Below, one piece after another: positions 24,816 through 37,990 of a DNA stretch of 64,000 nucleotides. Both the position numbers and the translations under genes were made by a program. This DNA comes from Somniosus microcephalus (Eukaryota): positions 62,930,001 to 62,994,000 of the forward strand of contig CM126223.1 of assembly GCA_052327205.1 (NCBI GenBank), read 5' to 3'. Each line of letters starts with the position of its first letter. Position 1 is the first letter of the stretch. The notes beneath the pieces are model-generated. The model did no database searches, had not been told where the DNA came from, and saw only the letters and a list, made by a program, of their open reading frames with translations.

Positions 24816-27619
24816 CCATTCGCCTCCCAGCCCTCTCGCAGTCCGGTGCTTCCCTCCCCGGCTGCGGCTGAGTTTCTCTCTTCCCGCGCCTACGCTCCCA
24901 GTCTCAGCGCTTCGTGGCTTCGGTCGCTGCCCGGCTTTCCCGTCGATCGTGGTCTGGCTGTCTCACGACGCCGTTGGACCCGACTTTCCGTCCGGCTCCT
25001 TTCCCCCTCAACCGTGGTCGAGTGCACAGCCCTTATCCTCCGGATATTCTTTACACTTTCCCTTACTCACAGTCTCCGTGGCCGCCTTGCTTCCTGCTGA
25101 TCGGCTCACTCCGCACCGTGGCAGAAGGGACAGTCAGTGCCTGTTGCTGATGGAAGCTTTTGTTGCTAAGTCTTCCTCCTTTCTATTGCTGCAGCCTCGT
25201 GTTTTCTCCCAGCAGAACGACGAGGGCGGTTGCCTCTCTTCGACGCTCTTTAGTTGCTTTGGTAGTCTTGCCGCAGGGTACGATCGGACTCGTCGCCACT
25301 GTAAAGTCTGTGGGTTGTGCAGTTAATAATGACACAGACTTCAGGAGTAACAAACAAACAGGACTTTACTATTCGAAGGTCAGGGCGAATCTGCCCTATA
25401 AATCATGCCACAGCACTTATATACCGGTGTGGTCACCGTCGGTATTACCGTATACAGAAGCCAAACAAGTAGTGCCACACCTAAAATAGTTCTCTTAAAG
25501 GTGAGCGGTTACATACAATAGTCTCTTAAAGGTAGACGGTTACATACACTACATGCTTCATCACATTGGCTATCTGTTTCGTCATCCAGGGAGCACTGAC
25601 TTTAGTTGCCCTACCTTTCCCCCTCGTGGGAATGTACCTCGACTGTACCCGAACTATTTCCTCTTTAAAGGCAGCCCATTGTTCCACTACAGTTTTGCCT
25701 GCCAATCTTTGATTCAAGTTTACCCGGGCCAGATCCGTTCTCATCCCACTGAAATTGGCCTTCCCCCAGTTAAACATTCTTACTCTAGATTTCTCCCTGT
25801 CCTTTTCTATAGCTAATTTAAACCTTATGATACTATGATCACTGTTCCCTAAATGTTCACCTACTGACACCTACTCCACTTGACCTACCTCATTCCCCAG
25901 AACCAGATCCAGCAATGCCTCCTCTCTCGTTGGACCGGAAACATACTGATCAAGAATGTTCTCCTGAACACACTTCAGAAATTCTTCCCCTTCTCTGCCC
26001 TTTACACTATTACAATCCCAGTCTATATTACGATAGTTGAAGTCCCCCATTACCACTACTCTATAGTTCTTGCACCTCTATGTAATTTCTCTGCAAATTT
26101 GCTCCTCCATATCTTTCCCACTATTTGGTGGTCGAGAGAATACACCTAGTAGTGTAATGGCACCTCTATTATTTCTTAACTCTAGCCATATAGATTCTGT
26201 CCTTGACCCCTCCAGGACATCCTCTCTCTCCAGCACTGAAACGTTCTCCTTAACCAATACTGCCACAGCACCTCCTATCTTTTCTTCCCTATCTTTCCTG
26301 AACACCTTATATCCAGGAATATTTAATATCCAATTCTGCCCTTTTTTGAGCCAGGTCTCAGTTATTGCCACAACATCATGTGGCAATTTGTGCCTGCAGC
26401 TCACTTACCTTGTTTCCTATGCTTTGTGCGTTCACATGCATACACTGTAAACCCATCTTAGACCATCCTGTATTCTCGCTTAGTTGGACCCCACCTAATA
26501 CCTTACTATTTCTTAGTGCTCTCTGCCTCTCCCAATTCCCCTTTCTAATGTTACATCCTGGTGCCCATCCCACTGCCAAATTAGTACTTTCAGTTAATGA
26601 CCCCCCTTTTGACTTCCCACTTCCTGCCCAGCAGGTAGCTCGGAGAAACCCGTGCTAGGCAGTGCCAGCTAATGTGCCACTGCCCCAAGGCAATACAATA
26701 ACTGCACACGAGGCTGAAAATCAATGACATTCCTTTATAGCTATTTATAACTGGATTACATCCTGTCATGTGATATCAAATTAAAGGGTGTTGCATTTAG
26801 ACAGAGTTAATCATTTAAAAATCTGCAACCCAGCAATTTTCCAAAATGGCTGCTTCTGATTCCCAGAATATGTCGAGTTCAGTATTCGGTAAATGAAAAC
26901 TTCCCAAAAACATCTAAACCTAATCCCTGTAACACTGTGCTTGACAATTAAAATAGATTCTGGTACGTTTTCTTCTTAAAATTTGCATTTAAAGTCAGTG
27001 ATCTATGGTTGCCAAGGACCCATCTGTTGTTTCTACAGGCCCCTGTTTGAGTCGGCTGGAGTTGTTTTGAGTGTGACTGGATTAGAGTGCCACACACTCC
27101 TGCTAAACATGTGGCTGATCCTTCAGAAACATTTTATAAATCTGTATTAAAGTTGCAGCCTGCCTGATGAGCTCATGGATCGGTGCACTGCCAACTAACC
27201 ACACAGGTGCACTGAGGCATTCAGAACAGAAGGCCCTCGGTTTAAATCACTGGTCTGAACTGAGTTAACTGACCACGGTTAGGGCAGGAATTGTAGTGCG
27301 ATAATTGGCTTCAATGCCCCAGGCCAAGGAGGGGAAATAGTCAGGCCTGTTCCTCATTACTATCCAGTGAGCTCTAAAGTGTGTGTGTGTATAGAAAGGG
27401 CTAGATATTAGGTAAAGGCAGATTTGGGTTGGGTCTGTGAAGTCTGTAGTGTCTAGCCATCGCTCAGTTGGTAGCACTCTCGCCTCTGAGTCAGAAGGTT
27501 GTGGGTTCAAGTCCCACTCCAGAGACTTTAGCACAAAGATCTAGGCTGACACTCCCAGTGCAGTGCTGAGGGAGTGCTGCACTGTCACAGGTGCCGTCTT
27601 TTGGATGAGACATTAAACC

Positions 27620-30600
27620 TGTAATGTATGTACCTTTAAGGGAGAGAACTACTTTTTACAGCTCCTGTATACTGTAGTACCGGCAGTGACCACACCTGTA
27701 TATAAACCCTGAGTAGGGATCTGTACACTTAGTTCTAGAGTAACCCTCATTCAGTAAACACCTGTTGATCGTTCCCTGCAGTCTCTTGTCTAATTATTGA
27801 AGGACACAACATCAAGATACACGGATCTAACATTGGCGACGAGCAGATTCAAACCTACCTGCAACTCTGCATCACCTCCCAGGGATTCGCTCCTGGAGAA
27901 CAGTGGAAGAAGGCAGAGTCCAGAAGCACGGGCGTCGACCACGGGAAACCCCCCAGTCATCCAGCGGAGATTTGCGCATCGCAGGGGAGGCTGTCGAGAG
28001 CCAGGCTTGGCTTTCCAGTCACGGTGGTCCAGCGAAACGGGCTGGCAACAGGTACTGCGCTGACCCTTCCCGGACAGCGGCGGCTAGAGCCGAGCGACGG
28101 CACAGAAAAAGGCTGAGCAGCGTCGACGGGGGAGAGAGGGTAGAGTGCACAGGGCGCAGCCGGTGTTCAGGACCGAGCGGCGTCAACAAGAGAGAGCAGA
28201 GCGCTGCCGTGGTTCAAGGGCCGAGCAGCGTCAACGGGGGAGAGAGGCGCGCAGGAAAATGCGCAGAGCGCAGCCGGTGTTCAAGGGCCGAGCAGCGTCA
28301 GCGGGGAAGAAAGGAAAGCGTGGGAGACGCCATTTTAAGCCGCAGCGGGGAAGAAAGGAAAGCGCGGGAGACGCTATTTTAAGCCAGTCTAACCACACCC
28401 AAAAATGCCGAAGAGTGGCAGTATCACAGCGTTTGACAATGAAGTCGAAGATTGGATGACATATGTCGAACGCATAGAAGTATACTGCAAGGAGAATGAA
28501 GTGCCAGATGACAAGAAAGCGCTGGTATTGTTGAATTCAATGGGTGCAAAAACGTATGGCTTACTACGAAACCTAGTAACCCCAGAGAAGCCAGTGGAAA
28601 AGGATTTTGAAAACATAGTGTCAATCCTACAGGACCACTTAAACCCCACACCGCTGCTGATAGCAGAAAGATTTAAGTTTCACAAAAGGAACCAGCATAA
28701 AGATGAAAGTAATGCTGAGTATTTAACGGAACTGCGCAAGCTATCGAAACACTGCCAGTTTGGAACGGGACTAGCAGATACTTTAAGGGGCAAGTTTGTG
28801 TGTGGGCTTCAAAGTGAAGGAACCCAGAAACGGCTTCTATCAGAAAAGGATCTTATGCTGGACAAGGTTTTCAGCATTGCAGTATCACACGAAGCAGCAG
28901 CACGGGGCGTGGCAGAGATACAACGGAGACCACAAGAATATGGCACAAATGAAATGTCATACGGAACAGTGAAGTGCTATCGCTGCGGCAGAACAACACA
29001 CGACCATAATGATTGCTGGTTCAAGGACAAGTGTGCAGACAGTGTGGAAAAGTAGGACACATAGCAAGAGTCTGCAGGTCGGGAAAGAAAACCAGCAGCA
29101 AGAAATCTCCACAGGAGAAGTACAAGAAGGTACATAAGGTGACGGAGAGTAGTTCAGACGAACAGAAAAGTGATACAGACTCCGGAAGCAAGGAGCTGGG
29201 TTGTCTGAAACTACATAATGTGATCAAAACGGAGGATCACCAAACTATCTGGGTCACGCTCAAGATAGCAGGAGTCCAAGTGAAAATGGAATTGGACACA
29301 GGATCAGCCCTAACAGTCATAAACCGAAGGGACTACAAGCGGCTATTCTCACATATACCCTGAGAGATACAGAGATTGTCTTGAAGACGTACATGGGGCA
29401 AAAAGTCTACCCCAAAGGAAAAATAAGGGTGAACGTTATATATAACGGCAAGGAAACACCAAAAATGGACCTATATGTATTGCCAGATGGAGGACCACCA
29501 CTACTAGGACGTGAATGGATCCGGAAAATACAGCTAGATTGGCATTCCATACAAGCACTGACTGTAAATGCCAAAAAGGATGACTACGTCACACCTGGAC
29601 GACTGTCAAAAATGCTAACTGACGCACAAGAAGTGTTCCAGCAGGGACTCGGAACACTAAAAGGCATAACAGCGACGATCAAAATAGAGGAAAATGCAAG
29701 CCCAAAGTTTTTTAAGGCCAGACCGGTACCTTATGCAATCCGCTCAGCCGTCGAAGCAGAGCTGGAAGGTTTGGAACGTTCAGGAGTACTGTCCAAAGTG
29801 GACTGGAGCGAGTGGGCTACACCCATCATTCCTGTAATGAAGAGTTCATTGAGTAATACGCCTGGGGAACCAAAGAAGGTTAGCATCTGTGGGGACTTTA
29901 AAGTGACAGTGAACCCAGTCCTTCACACTGTACAATATCCGCTTCCGCGGATTGAAGATATTTTCGCCTCGCTATCTGGAGGGAAACGCTTCACTAAGAT
30001 TAATCTGGCCCAGGCGTACCTGCAAATGGAGGTAGAAGAAGCCTCGAAACAGTACCTCACGATCAACACTCATAAAGGTCTCTACCAATACAATTGGCTG
30101 GTGTTCGGGGTAGCATCAGCTCCGGCTATTTGGCAAAGGGCAATGGATCAAGACCTGCAAGGGATTCCAGGGACCCAGTGTTATTTGGACGACATCCTGG
30201 TCACGGGCGAAAATGACAGTGATCACCTCGCCAACCTGGAGCAGGTGCTCACTAGATTAAAGGAATATGGGCTCCGAGCTAATCGCCACAAATGCGAGTT
30301 TTTCCAGAAGCAGATCTCGTATTGGGGCCACGTTATTGATAAAGAGGGGTTACATAAGTCCCCTGAAAAGATTGAGGCAGTAGTCAAGGCTCTGGCACCG
30401 GAAAATGTGTCACAACTGAGGTCGTTCCTCGGGCTGGTGAACTACTACCATAAGTTCTTGCCGAATTTGTCTACAGTACTACACCCACTGAACACCCTAC
30501 TGCAAACGGGGGTACCATGGAAGTGGAGTGACGAATGTAAACGAGCTTTCCAGAAGAGCAAAGCATTGATCACATCAAAAGAGGTGTTGGCTCATTTCAA

Positions 30601-32677
30601 CCCAGCACTACCAATTCGGTTGGCGTGTGACGCATCACCCTATGGCATTGGAGCGGTGCTGTCGCACAAATTCCCGGACGGCTCGGAGAGTCCAGTAGCC
30701 TTTGCGTCTCGGTCACTAACCTCAGCCGAGCGTAACTACGCCCAGATTGACAGGGAGGCCCTCAGCCTAGTGTGGGGAGTGAAAAAGTTCAATCACTATC
30801 TGCACGGGCAGAAGTTCACCTTGCTGACTGCCCACCAACCACTTGTCTCCATCTTTAATCCAAAGAAGGGCGTTCCGGTGATGACTGCGCAACGGCTACA
30901 AAGATGGTCCCTTTTTCTAGGGGCGCACCAATATGAAATCGAGTATAAGGGCACGAAACAGCATGGAAACGCTGATGGGCTATCACGCCTGCCACTGCCT
31001 ACTGCGGAGGAAGCACCAGCAGTGGATCCTGTCGAAATATTTCATTCGACTATAATTGAATGCTTGCCAGTAACTAACGCTGATATAGAGAAGGAGACCC
31101 GAAATGACCCGACACTATCTCGGGTATATGATTTGACGGTGAAGGGATGGCCAGCACATGGCGACTCACTGTTGCCAGCATTCTCATCCAGAAGAGAACA
31201 GCTGTCAGTATGCCAGGGGACCTTGATGTGTGGATCCCGAATGGTAATTCCACCCAAGTTAAGGGAGAGAGTGCTCAATGAGCTTCACGAAGGTCATCTG
31301 GAAGGGGTGAAAATGAAAAACCTTGCTCGGGCTTATGTGTGGTGGCCGGGGATCGATCAGCAAATTGAGGACCTGACAAAGAGCTGCTCAGGATGCCAGA
31401 AGGTCCAAAATGCACCACCACATGCCCCTCTACACCCATGGGAGTGGCCCTCATCTCCATGGCAATGGGTGCATATTGATTTTGCTGGTCCATTCATGGA
31501 CTCAATGTTTTTAATAGCCGTGGATGCGCACTCGAAATGGCCTGAGGTGATCAAAATGTCCTCCACCACCACGGAGAAAACTATTGCAGTCCTACGGACC
31601 ATTTTTGCCAGGAACGGCTTGCCAGAGCAGATTTGCTCTGATAACGGACCACAGTTTGTGTCCGAAGAGTTTCGAAGATTTATGAAAAGGAATGGGGTTA
31701 GGCATTACACATCCGCCCCGTATCATCCAGCCACAAATGGATTGGCTGAGAGGTTCGTACAAACCTTTAAAAAAGCAGTAAAGGCCATGTGCGATGACGA
31801 CATTCCACTGCAGCATAAGGTGGACAATTTCCTGTTAGCCCACAGAAATGCGACACATGCAGCCACCAACCAGGCCCCGGCCATGATTTTCTTTAACTGA
31901 AGGTTGAGATCTCGTCTGGATTTGCTCAGACCAAATGTACGAAGAGATGTTGAGAATAAGCAATTCCAGCACATCAATGAGAAGCCGACAAGGAGCTTCA
32001 ATGTAGGGCAACCAGTCTTGGCCCGTGACTACTGAACAGAGAAATGGCAACCAGGAACGATATGCACACAGCAGGGCCCACTAATGTACACAGTGGATGT
32101 TGGGGAGAACATTGTGAGACACCATGCTGACCAGATCCTAGAGTCACAGGAACGAGTCAACCCCATGTCTCGGCCATACGTACCTGGTGAGGAACCCGAC
32201 GTACAGGTCGCATCTACCCCAGAAACAGTAGCATCGGAAGCTGATGAACCAACCGACGACAGGGGGCCAGAATCGCCTCCGCACCAAGAGCAAGACACTC
32301 GGGAAAGGCGCTATCCAGAAAGGATCAGGAAGCCTCCCCAAAGACTGAATTTATAAATAGACTATTTTCAGCTAATGTTGCATGTTAAAAGTGTTAATTG
32401 TAATTAGTTGATATTTAGTTGTTAAATGAGTGTTATGGTACTGTTAATCTAAAAGGGGAGGAATTGTAATGTATGTACCTTTAAGGGAGAGAACTACTTT
32501 TTGCAGCTCCTGTATACTGTAGTACCGGCAGTGACCACACCTGTATATAAACCCTGAGTAGGGATCTGTACACTTAGTTCTAGAGTAACCCTCATTCAGT
32601 AAACACCTGTTGATCGTTCCCTGCAGTCTCTTGTCTAATTATTGAAGGACACAACATCAAGATACACGGATCTAACA
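27620..32677 (+). mobile_element. Mag-type Ty3/Gypsy LTR retrotransposon B (autonomous structure, this copy disrupted)
   Basis: 213-bp LTRs at 27620-27832 and 32465-32677 (1 difference by eye); TSD AAACC; PBS TGGCGACGAG at 27834-27843 (matches the tRNA-Ser(GCU) 3' end); PPT aaaaggggagga at 32451-32462. Confidence 0.95.
28405..32356 (+). pseudogene. Element B gag-pol (gag, PR, RT, RNase H, integrase)
   Basis: Gag CCHC; LDTGS; RT YLDD; RNase H DAS...NYAQIDRE; integrase HHCC and HIDFAG/SDNG/NGLAE. Frameshifts at ~29030 and ~29360, stops at 31898 and ~32034, and KINL / TAHQ in place of KIDL / TDHQ. Confidence 0.92.
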
Positions 32678-33764
32678 AAACCGAAGCCCTGTCTGCTCTC
32701 TCAGGTGGACGTAAAAGATCCCATGGCACTATTACAAAAGAACAGGGAAGTTATCCCCAGTGTCCTGGCCAATATTTATCCCTCAATCAACATCACTAAA
32801 ACAGATTATCTGGTCATCATCACATTGCTGTTTGTGGGAGCTTGCTGTGCACAAATTGGCTGCCGCGTTTCCCACATTACAACAGTGACTACACTTCAAA
32901 AGTACTTCATTGGCTGTAAAGCGCTTTGCGACGTCCTGAGGTTGTGAAAGGCGCTATATAAATGCAAGTCTTTCCTTTTGCTGATGATCACACATGGCTG
33001 TGAGGTGCGAACACCTGTCAGTGCAATGCTGAACTGGAGCAAGAGAAGGGGAGAAATTGGAAAGCTAGAGGTAAAAGGTTTACAAAGGTATGGTTTTATA
33101 TTTGTCAGTGGGCAATTTAACGGCTGAGGATGCCTTATTACACTGCTGCTTGTTTAGGTCAAATTTCCATTATCTTATGGGTCTGCAATTCTGTTTCCGA
33201 GATAAGGCAGCTGGAGTTAATTGTATAAATACTGGGAGCCAACCCACAGATACCAGTTTCCCAGAATTCAACCTAAACAAGCAGCTGTAAAGTAATAAAT
33301 GATGCACGCCATTGAGAAAACGCCAGTGTTCAGTAATTGGGTGTCGCACTGGGCTGTTCAAAATGATCAATTAAAAGATGTGCATTTACAGAAATGGAAG
33401 CCATTAATCAGTGGCTTGAATTTGAATTATCAGCATGAACTAAAACATTAATGAATGCAAAATGACCATCTTTATCATCCCCTCAAAGGAGAATGCCATA
33501 TTCTAAATGAGCCAAAGTTAATACACAGGGACATCTAACACGGCATTTTAAATTGTTTCTTCTAAACAGCAGAAACTAGTTTCCGAGTAGATGTTTTCCA
33601 TTTACTGAGAGCAGCTTTGGCGGAGATTTGGGGGCGTCTTTAATCACCAGATAATGTCGCACTGCTTTCTATGTTGCTGGCGGCTTCTATAGGGAAATTT
33701 GGTCTATATCTACAATCAGGGATTTGTTAATGGTTTAAACAGAAAAGCACCAATAAAACAACAC

Positions 33765-33898
33765 NNNNNNNNNNNNNNNNNNNNNNNNNNNNNNNNNNNN
33801 NNNNNNNNNNNNNNNNNNNNNNNNNNNNNNNNNNNNNNNNNNNNNNNNNNNNNNNNNNNNNNNNNNNNNNNNNNNNNNNNNNNNNNNNNNNNNNNNNN
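33765..33898. other. Assembly gap (134 N)
   Basis: Run of n characters. Confidence 1.
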
Positions 33899-34074
33899 TC
33901 TTTCCTTGCTGGAGCACAATTCCACGGATGCTGGCTAACCTCATAACTTGCCCAAGTGGCCGTTATTCACATCTGCGCTATGGCAGTGAGTGTGAGGAAG
34001 CTATCCAACCACAGAAGGCACCTGAGCCCATCCTCAACCACCATGGACACCTCCAGCAGGGGTGACTGGGTAGT

Positions 34075-34240
34075 CATCCAAAGATGTGCAGGTTAGGTTG
34101 ATTTGGCTATGATAAATTGACCCTTAGTGTTAGGGGATTAAATACGTGGGGTTACGGGGATAGGGTGGGATATGTGTCGGTGCAGGCTTGATGGGCCGAA
34201 ATGGCCTCTATCTGCACTGTAGATTCTGTGATTCTGTGAT
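34075..34240 (+). mobile_element. 5'-truncated HE1/V-SINE (second tail type)
   Basis: Matches the 3' half of the SINE at 61310-61630. Confidence 0.8.
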
Positions 34241-34709
34241 TCATCGAGAGCAGGAATGCTGTTGATTTTCCTTCTCCAATTGCATTGCCCCATCTGCCAT
34301 TCCAGCTAAATTCAGCTGACTCCGCACAGACCGGAGGATCAAATCTGGAATCGTCTTGGTCTATAATGCTCATTATTCACTGGATACACTCACTGGGCCA
34401 CCTGGGGAGGCAAGCAGGAGCCTGAAACGGTTTCTTCAAAATTAAATAAATGTCAGAAACAAACACAAAACTTTACTTTTTGCCTAAATGCAAAATGCCA
34501 CCTCTTCAAATAATTTCACAGTCCTTTTCGGGAGGGCTTTGTCACCTGCAAGTTTGTTCATTGATTAGACTGTGGAGGATTTGGCTTGTACCCCATGCAA
34601 TCGGCATTTGGCCAGTAGCTTCAGCCGGGCAGTGAACCACATGTCCACACCGGAGGTGGAATCACTTATTGTAATGGGGGCGGAAGATGAAAACTAAGGA
34701 AACTGGTGG

Positions 34710-35170
34710 GTGAAATGACCCCTGTGCTCGCTGACCTACATTGGCTCCCGGTTAAGCAATGTCGCGATTTTAAAATTCTCAACCTTGTTTTCAAATCCCT
34801 CCATGGCCTCGTCCCTTCCTATCTCTGTAACCTCCTCCAGCCCTACAACCTGCTGAGATCTCTGCGCTCCTCCAATTCTGGCCTCTTGAGCATCCCCAAT
34901 TTTAATCGCTCCAATTTTAATTGGTGACCGTGCCTTCAGCTGCTGAGGCCCTAAGCTCTGGCATTCCCTCCCTAAACCTCTCCGCCTCTCTACCTCGCTC
35001 TCCTCCTTTAAGATGCTCCTTAAAACCTACCTCTTTGACTAAGCCCTGCCCTAATATCTCCTTATGTGGCTCGGTGTCAAATTTTGTTTCTATAACGCAC
35101 CTGTGAAGCGCCTTGTGATGTTTTACTATGTTAAAGGTGCTATATAAATACAAGTTGTTGTTGTTGTTAT
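34710..35170 (+). mobile_element. L2 LINE 3' fragment
   Basis: TPVLADLHWLPVKQCRDFKIL...PSYLCNLLQPY...LRSS, and tail ggtgctatataaatacaagttgttgttgttg. Confidence 0.88.
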
Positions 35171-36227
35171 TGTTTTAGGGCAAAAGGAACGTTAAGTTCC
35201 TGTCTGAGAATGACTGGAAGTACACTAGACGGCTATAACACTGGGACTGCCCTCCCTGTGAAAATATAATTCAATAATAGATACAAAACAATATAGGTAT
35301 ACCAAAATAAACTTTGTTCCGTGTAATGTAAATTTAAACTTGAAAATTGTATGCTAGCATTGAGGCGTACCCCATGTTATTTTTAAACGAGACTGGTTAT
35401 TCTGCACAAGCTGGGTCTGGGAGAATTTTCTTTTATAAACTGTTTTCAGTGAAAGTGTTTTCAGTGAAAGTGAAGCAGCTTTCAACATGTCAATGAACTC
35501 ACTTCCCAAAGAGCTGTTTACCGAGTATGGCAGGTGATTGAACAGGACTGGTGTCTCGTGCAGAGTACAGCTGGAGCTGCAAACAGCCATTATGGTCAAT
35601 TACACTGACTTACACAGTGGTTCGACGTTCCATGTGAGCTTCAAAAGAATCTGGATGAACATTGTGCAGAATATCTTCCGTCAGGTAGCTGTGTAATTCC
35701 AGACTGTCTCCATGGTGACCGAGTCTGCAGCCTCTGTGAGCACAGAGCCAGATCACGACTAAACTTTATCAACCCGTGTTTACCTGATTACATGGGATGC
35801 TCACCAACTTGATTTTCTTGCTTCTAAACTAAAATAAATTGATGCTTGCGCTTTTCAACAGTGTGTTCCAGGGATATGCTATCCCTTCTTAGCTCTTATC
35901 TCAAAAGGGGCGTGGAGAAGTGGTGAGGCAGATGTTACAGCAGTTGGCACATGAAACACTTGAGGTATGACAACCATTATACAGTAAACAACATGAACAA
36001 TCTTTGCTCAGACCCTCTTTTCCACTCCCCCACCCGACGATAGTAGGCTGTGCCCCTTCCCATTTTCGAAGTAGTTAATGACGATGTCAAGTCATTTATT
36101 TTTTGACTATTTCTTCTTCCCCTCCCATCCTCAACATCTGAGATCTAGGGGCTATGCTCATCACAGTATTGATGTGCGTTTGTTGCTTTGAGTTCCTTTC
36201 TAGCCGAGCTTGTCTTGAGAGTGCAAT

Positions 36228-36667
36228 TAAAAGAAAGACTTGCATTTATATAGCGCCTTTCACGACCACATGACGTCCCAAATGTTTTACAGCCAATTAA
36301 GTACTTTTGAAGTGTAGTCACTGTTGTAATGTAGGAAACGCAGCAGCCAGCAAGCTCCCACAAACAGCAACGTGATAATGACCAGATAATCTATTTTTGT
36401 TATGTTGAGTGTGGGATAAATATTGGCCAGGACACCGGGGATAACTCCCCTGCTCTTCTTCGAAATAGTGCCTTGGGATCTTTTACCTCCACCCGAGAGA
36501 GCAGACAGGGCCTTGGTTTAATGTCTCATCCAAAAGACGGCAACTCCAACAGTGCAGCACTGCACTGGAGCGTCAGCCTAGATTTTGTGCTCAAGTCAGA
36601 GTGGAACTTGAACCCGTACCTTCTGACTCAGAAGCGAGAGTGCTACCCACTGAGCCAATGGCTGACT
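36228..36667 (-). mobile_element. SacSINE1-like DeuSINE
   Basis: Reverse complement of the 16053-16500 family. Confidence 0.85.
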
Positions 36668-37614
36668 CATAGCACTGCAAATAAAATATGAAACATTAAA
36701 GTTCGTGGAAATAATTGATGAAGATACCTAAGATGTTCTTGAAGTATGCATTCCAAACCCACTTTCCTTGACTTCCTCTTATTAGGAGAAAAAAGGAGAC
36801 CTTCTCCTCTCTCCTGCCCCTATATCTTCTCGTGCCTTATGCCGAACCCAGGGCCGAGAATCTGCTGCCAGCTCTCTACCAGTGCTGGTAGAGGAGATGT
36901 GCCAGTGGCCTGGTGTGACTCCCTCTGCTGATCTTGCCCCTTTTTTCTCCGTAGGAAATCAATTGGGCTTCACTCAACCTCTCCCAATGGCACCAAGATT
37001 GAGGTTGTGAGCTAGGGCGGCGACCATGTTATCTCAGTAAATGGTGCAGTGTGTTTTGTATTGCGCTAATACTGTTCTTTTGTAGCAAGGAATAAAACTG
37101 GTCAAAGCTAGAAAGCGACTATGTACCCACAGAGTGTAAATCATTAAAAGATTAATTGCAGAAAGCCAAAACTGATTGATTCACTTCTGCTGAAAAATGA
37201 ATGCCTTTTATTTTCTGAGATCTAGCCAATTTGATCTAGGGATAATTTGCATTTTAGATTTGAAATGTTTCAGTGACCTTTTTAATCCCATTAACATTCG
37301 ACTTTGAAGTGGGCTTTGTTTCAAAATAACTGGCTGTGAATATTCTACAGCTAATGATTTTTATTGGCCAAGACTAAGAATGGTCGTTAATGGAACTGTA
37401 ATTGATTAAGACAATGGGGCAGCGGCTCTTGTACCTGCACCCAAGACTATTGGATGACCCGGGTGCAGCGAATACAAGTAAAACAAATGAGGAGTTGCGC
37501 TTGCTGCTAATAGCACGCGTCTACCTACAAAGGTCAGAAAAGCCCATGAACAACTTCAGAACAAAACTGATCTACGCCCAGAAAACCCAAACTAGAACTG
37601 AAAAACAGCCCTAT

Positions 37615-37990
37615 AGGAAGAACTTGCATTTATATAGCCCCTTTCACAACTTCAGGATATCCTAAAGTGCTTTACAACCAATGAAGTACTCCTGAAGTGT
37701 AGTCACTGTAACGTAGGAAACGCAGCAGCCAATTTGCGCATAGCAAGCTCCCACAAACAGCAATGTGATAATGACCAGATAATCTGTTTTAGTGATGTTG
37801 GTTGAGGGAGAATTCCCCTGCTCTTCTTCGAAATAGCGCCATGGGATTTTTTTTACGTTCACCTGAGAGGGCAGCACTGCACTGGAGTGTCAGCCTAGCT
37901 TCTTGTGCTCAAGTCTCTGGGGTGGGACTTGAACCCACAAGCCTTCTGACTCAGCGGTGAGAGTGCTCCCCACTGATCCACAGCGAACAC
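37615..37990 (-). mobile_element. SacSINE1-like DeuSINE (internally deleted)
   Basis: Same family, with head and tail present. Confidence 0.8.

Larger units (their letters stand above)
20393..25553 (-). mobile_element. Non-autonomous Mag-type Ty3/Gypsy LTR element A carrying a mosaic host-derived ORF
   Basis: 254-bp TG...CA LTRs at 25300-25553 and 20393-20646 (2 differences by eye); 5-bp TSD TGCTT; PBS TGGCGACGAG (25289-25298, -); PPT next to the 3' LTR; gag and protease present, no RT or integrase. Confidence 0.95.
17563..26580 (-). mobile_element. CR1 LINE covering most of ORF2, split by a MITE (18415-19258) and an LTR element (20393-25553)
   Basis: Collinear pieces: VNAQSIGNK/ITETWL/GDFN/SDH (26580-25559); KSPGAD, NYRPVSLISVVGK, DFQKVFDKVPH, GVPQGSVLGPLLFLIYIN (20392-19260); C-terminal LYKTLVRPQLEYCVQF (18410-17563). 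Confidence 0.9.
27450..32980 (+). mobile_element. SacSINE1-like DeuSINE split by LTR element B (27450-27619 and 32678-32980)
   Basis: Head and ...ggatgagacattaaacc precede the LTR; aaaccgaagccctgtctgctctctcaggtgg... resumes after it. Confidence 0.88.

Noticed and set aside
24137-25489. + strand ORFs (244, 217, 109 aa)
   Set aside because: They are antisense to the GC-rich repetitive leader and LTR of element A, with no recognisable protein features.
33699-33944. ORFs containing X runs
   Set aside because: Artefacts of the N gap.
35455-35540. Possible host exon (ttttcag...ggcag|gtgatt)
   Set aside because: Splice-like signals only; the peptide is not recognisable and there are no supporting neighbouring exons.
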